In this document: one piece after another, positions 60,511-64,000 of the stretch | Layout of the letters: every line of letters begins with the position of its first letter | Position numbering within the stretch: position 1 is the stretch's first letter | NCBI GenBank assembly: GCA_965235115.1 | Contig: OZ249452.1 | Coordinates: forward strand, 16,120,001-16,184,000 | Length of the DNA stretch: 64,000 nucleotides | Origin: Laetmonice hystrix | Lineage: Eukaryota | Direction: 5' to 3' | Notes under the pieces: model-generated | Database searches by the model: none | What the model was told of the DNA's origin: nothing | The model's input: the letters and a program-made list of their open reading frames with translations, nothing else | Position numbers and translations under genes: made by a program

Positions 60511-63506
60511 CTACAAGGGGCTAAGGTCGCCCCTGGTCGCCCTAGCAGAATATTGCATCTTCCTGAATCAGGAGTCATTGGTGAAATACTGACCATATCT
60601 TCGTAAAGGTAGGCGGGTGTGATGCTTGGTTAACGTGGGCTGTTGTTTCAGCATCAGGCGCTTATTGATCGTGAAATGAGGGTGGAGGGGGTGAGAACGG
60701 GGACGGTAGACTCTGGGAGGGGAGGGGTGGGTCGAGTTGGCAGGAACGTCTGACTGGGTGGAACGCTTCTATATATGGAACGCCAGTCGCCAAGGGCGGT
60801 AGAGTGACGGGGGTACAGGTGTGGAAAACAAACTCCAATCATGGCAGAATGTGCATGGAGTTCAAGCTAAAGGGTAGATCCCTTATAGTAACACCACCGT
60901 GAGATCTTGTTGGAGGAAGTACAAATCTAGTGCTATTTCTAGCTCCAACCCCTAACCCTAATCCATAGCCGTGACTCTAAATCCTTTAACAACGAACAAA
61001 AATGTAGAACCCCCCCCCCCCTTTAACCCTGGTGCACAAATGCGGAGCCTGGTAATACGGATGGGTAAATTATTGGACCCTCTTGCCTGGGCTAGGTGAG
61101 TAAGTGAATTGGGGGTTTTACGCCCTCCCGGCAATACTTCAGCCGTCTTCAGGGCGGGAACAATCAGTCCAGGGGCCTACTGTAATCACGAGTCCCAGAA
61201 AAAAGATGATGAGGATGACGTGAGAAAGAACCCCGCCGCCGGGGGAGTCCCCTACTCTTATCGAAAAGTGGCAAGTGTTCCTTGCCTGCATGGGTAATGC
61301 TACCAAGGCCTGGGGAGGCGTTGTCCATGGACATCGGAAGGTTTCCTGTGTCTGGATAAAAGGAGTGTCCAAGGCCTTGTCAATGACTTCAGAAGGCTTC
61401 GTTTCACGACTAGGACATTAGGAGGGCCTAAGGCCTTGCCCGGGATATTAGAAAGTTCTGAAACCTGTCCAATAATGTCAGAACCCTTCACACCCGACTC
61501 TAAATCATCAGCCTCGCGGCGGGTCTACTCTCATCTCGCTTATCTAATCGACCACATATGGGCTATATCAATTCAATGGACGAATGTGGTGCTCTACAAC
61601 TACGGAAGGTTGTTGGAACATTATGCAGGCCTGAATGAGGTACAGTTGGTGCACAGACAGTGTCGGTAACGAAGTTTATCTCCAGGATTTCGAATCGGAT
61701 TGGAACCCGGAAGCATCTGTATTGTGGGACCACCACTCCCCGCGGAAATCTCCTGACAGGACCAATATCTGCGCCGTCCGAGACGTCTACACCTCGCCAA
61801 ACTCGTAGTGCTATATCTAATTTCCTTTTCGGCAAGTGAACAGTCTCCCGCAAAAAGAAGACCAGATTATCTGTCATCCGGGCGCCTATAAGACGAGGAC
61901 GGAAGGATATACAAACTGCGCTTCTCTCTTCCTCTCGACGATCGACGCTTGCAAGGGACGCCACCCTCGTGAAGCCGCCTGCATGTCCTCGTGTTTTCTA
62001 TGGCAACACCAGCCCTCGTGTGGTTAACGTCAATGTTTTCAGTACGCGCATGCGCAAGCCTTTTGATCTAACCCCCTTGGAGTGGCCACTGCGCTGCCTT
62101 GATTCCGATGTAGCCTAATGTTCGATGTCTCGGTTATTTTCGCCACTCACGTGTTCTACCGCTTGTAATCAGTTCCAGCTGAGGAGAGGTTTTAATCCAC
62201 GGCACTTTAAGACGCCTCAGAAGAAGTTTGAATAATATATCGATCAGGATATGTTCAACCTCTCGCGGATCTGCAGAATTACCCATATTGATATCTCTAA
62301 TTACAAGGTTGGCCACGCCACGTCGGTATTGACTCCTTGAGATTTAATGTGACATGATTTGGGAGAGATGGAACAAAATCTATTTCGAAATCTCCTAGGT
62401 GTGTTAAATCTGTGGAATTAAACTACAACTAAAGTGGCATTCACTCGTTGAGTGCCAGCTTTAGAATTTTTTTTCGAGGAGGAGGGGGGCTGAAACTACC
62501 TTTTCCTGGTTACTATGGAGATAAGTGCCTCTTTACTTGAAACCAATAGATTATCATGACAATTTAATGATGCCGTTGTATTGTCTCGAAACTGTTAGCA
62601 GCTTCAAGGGTGCTCTTGATTTGGCTCTGCTGCTATTGTAAACATCCCAGGGAAGGACTCCTGTTTCATACTGCATATAGACGTGATCGCATTAATACTG
62701 GAAGGAACCTGGCTTAATAAAAGAACCTTCTGAACCCAATCTCTTACGATTCCGGATAGTACTGGTTGTTCAGATTAACGTATTACGTTAGTTCTAGTTA
62801 TGGGAAGAAATGAATCTGATAGAAAGCTGTGATTGGCCATACTACTGCTGTTTCTGAACACATGGCTGTACCCGGTGAAGGGGTATTTGGCGACGGGGTG
62901 TCTGGTGTGCAGAAATGGCAAAAACCCGCCTAAATCACATTGGCTTCCTTGGAATTCTACCCTAGCAACCTCCTCATCAAGTCAACTTCCTCATGTCTTT
63001 GGAAAAGATAGTTGGGTTCAGTATAACGTCAGGTGTAAGTAAACAGCATGAGCAAAAAACGTTAAATGAGGCACGTGTTCCAGCGGTCATTTTTCTCCAT
63101 CTCGGATCCAACGTGGTTTTGTGAGACGGAAGCCATCCTATATACGCATGTGCATCACCTGTTTCCGGGCCGATCGGTCTTTTTGCTCTTATCTCGGAAG
63201 GCGTTGGCGAGTCTGGCCCCACACTTTGAATTTCTTATCAAAAACCACTCAGTGATCATTGAACGAGTGCTCTCATGTGTAACTGCACCACCACCAGTGA
63301 AGCTCCTCGCGTTCTTATTTTCCAGTCTGTAACCAGATAAATTACCAAGGAAACATTCTCTCCTGCCTTCAATCTGTCTTCGTTGTCCGCCTCCCATCTG
63401 TGCTGGGCCCGCTAATACAGCCCCTCCGTGGCGTTGGCTCCGGCCGGAACAAGGGCGTGCCGCCTTTGTGTAAAAAGATAAGGCGGCATAATCAATGTGA
63501 ATACGT

Positions 63507-63780
63507 TGTAACGGGTTGTGGAGTGCTGGGTGAGGCTGTCGCCGTAGGACGAGGGGGGAGGGGGAGGGGGCGCCTGCGGATCCGCACCGCCTGTCGTCAG
63601 CCTGTGGGCTGAGGACAGGCGGCCCACCCGGGTTATAAATACAGCCACCCGCGCCTGGTCTTTAGGTACCCCTGGTTCTCGACTTAATACAGATCACAAC
63701 GTCTTACACACAACACACATAACAATCGCAATCAATAGACGCTGGCCAAACCCCCGCTCGTGTTCAACGCCCACACCACA
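63507..63780 (+). promoter_or_regulatory. GC-rich segment with TATA box; promoter or solo-LTR-like
   Basis: Starts TGTAACGGG, TATAAATA at ~63634, ends in CA-rich tract ACCACA; no TSD found. Confidence 0.3.
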
Positions 63781-64000
63781 CGACCCTGGGCACCGACTCA
63801 AAGGTCAGCTGACGGAGAAAGGTCACTTCCGGTTTGGCGGCGTTTCTCCAGGGTCTCGCAATTACTCGTTGGCAACCTTAAAGTCACACTGCATCCTCTG
63901 GTTCTGTTCCCTAAAGGGGGCAGCCGACATTCAACCTTGATTTCGTTATCTAGCTGGCTGGATTTCTCCTCTGATGTGCCAGCAAGGCAAATGATCACAA

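Overview
Eukaryotic (animal) genomic DNA with GT-AG introns, most likely a marine invertebrate bilaterian (inferred from gene families and many CTCF-like motifs; taxon not determinable). Six genes could be assembled by hand from splice sites and reading phase: (1) the 3' 12 exons of a lipoxygenase (+, 94-4100); (2) a FLACC1/ALS2CR12-like coiled-coil gene (+, 9145-20332) holding an in-phase 2.5-kb low-complexity alternative exon; (3) a UDP-glycosyltransferase (+, 25360-28899); (4) an unusual single-pass receptor with two tandem AbfB/CBM42 (arabinofuranose-binding-type) domains and a ~560-aa tail with three NPxY and two ITIM-like motifs (+, ~30674-38182; N-terminus uncertain, assembly gap at 31070-31220); (5) a galactose-3-O-sulfotransferase-like gene (-, 42710-43960); (6) a type II membrane FkbM-family methyltransferase (-, 50458-54684). 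Non-coding DNA is rich in minisatellites and short non-autonomous DNA transposons, including a nested pair. Most long ORFs in the supplied track at 9.4-10.1, 20.5-23.9 and 53.7-54.2 kb are repeat artefacts. Best leads: the CBM42 receptor, the run of glycan/lipid-modifying genes, and a minisatellite seeded from the lipoxygenase's own C-terminal iron-ligand codons. No database search was possible; family calls rest on recognised motifs.
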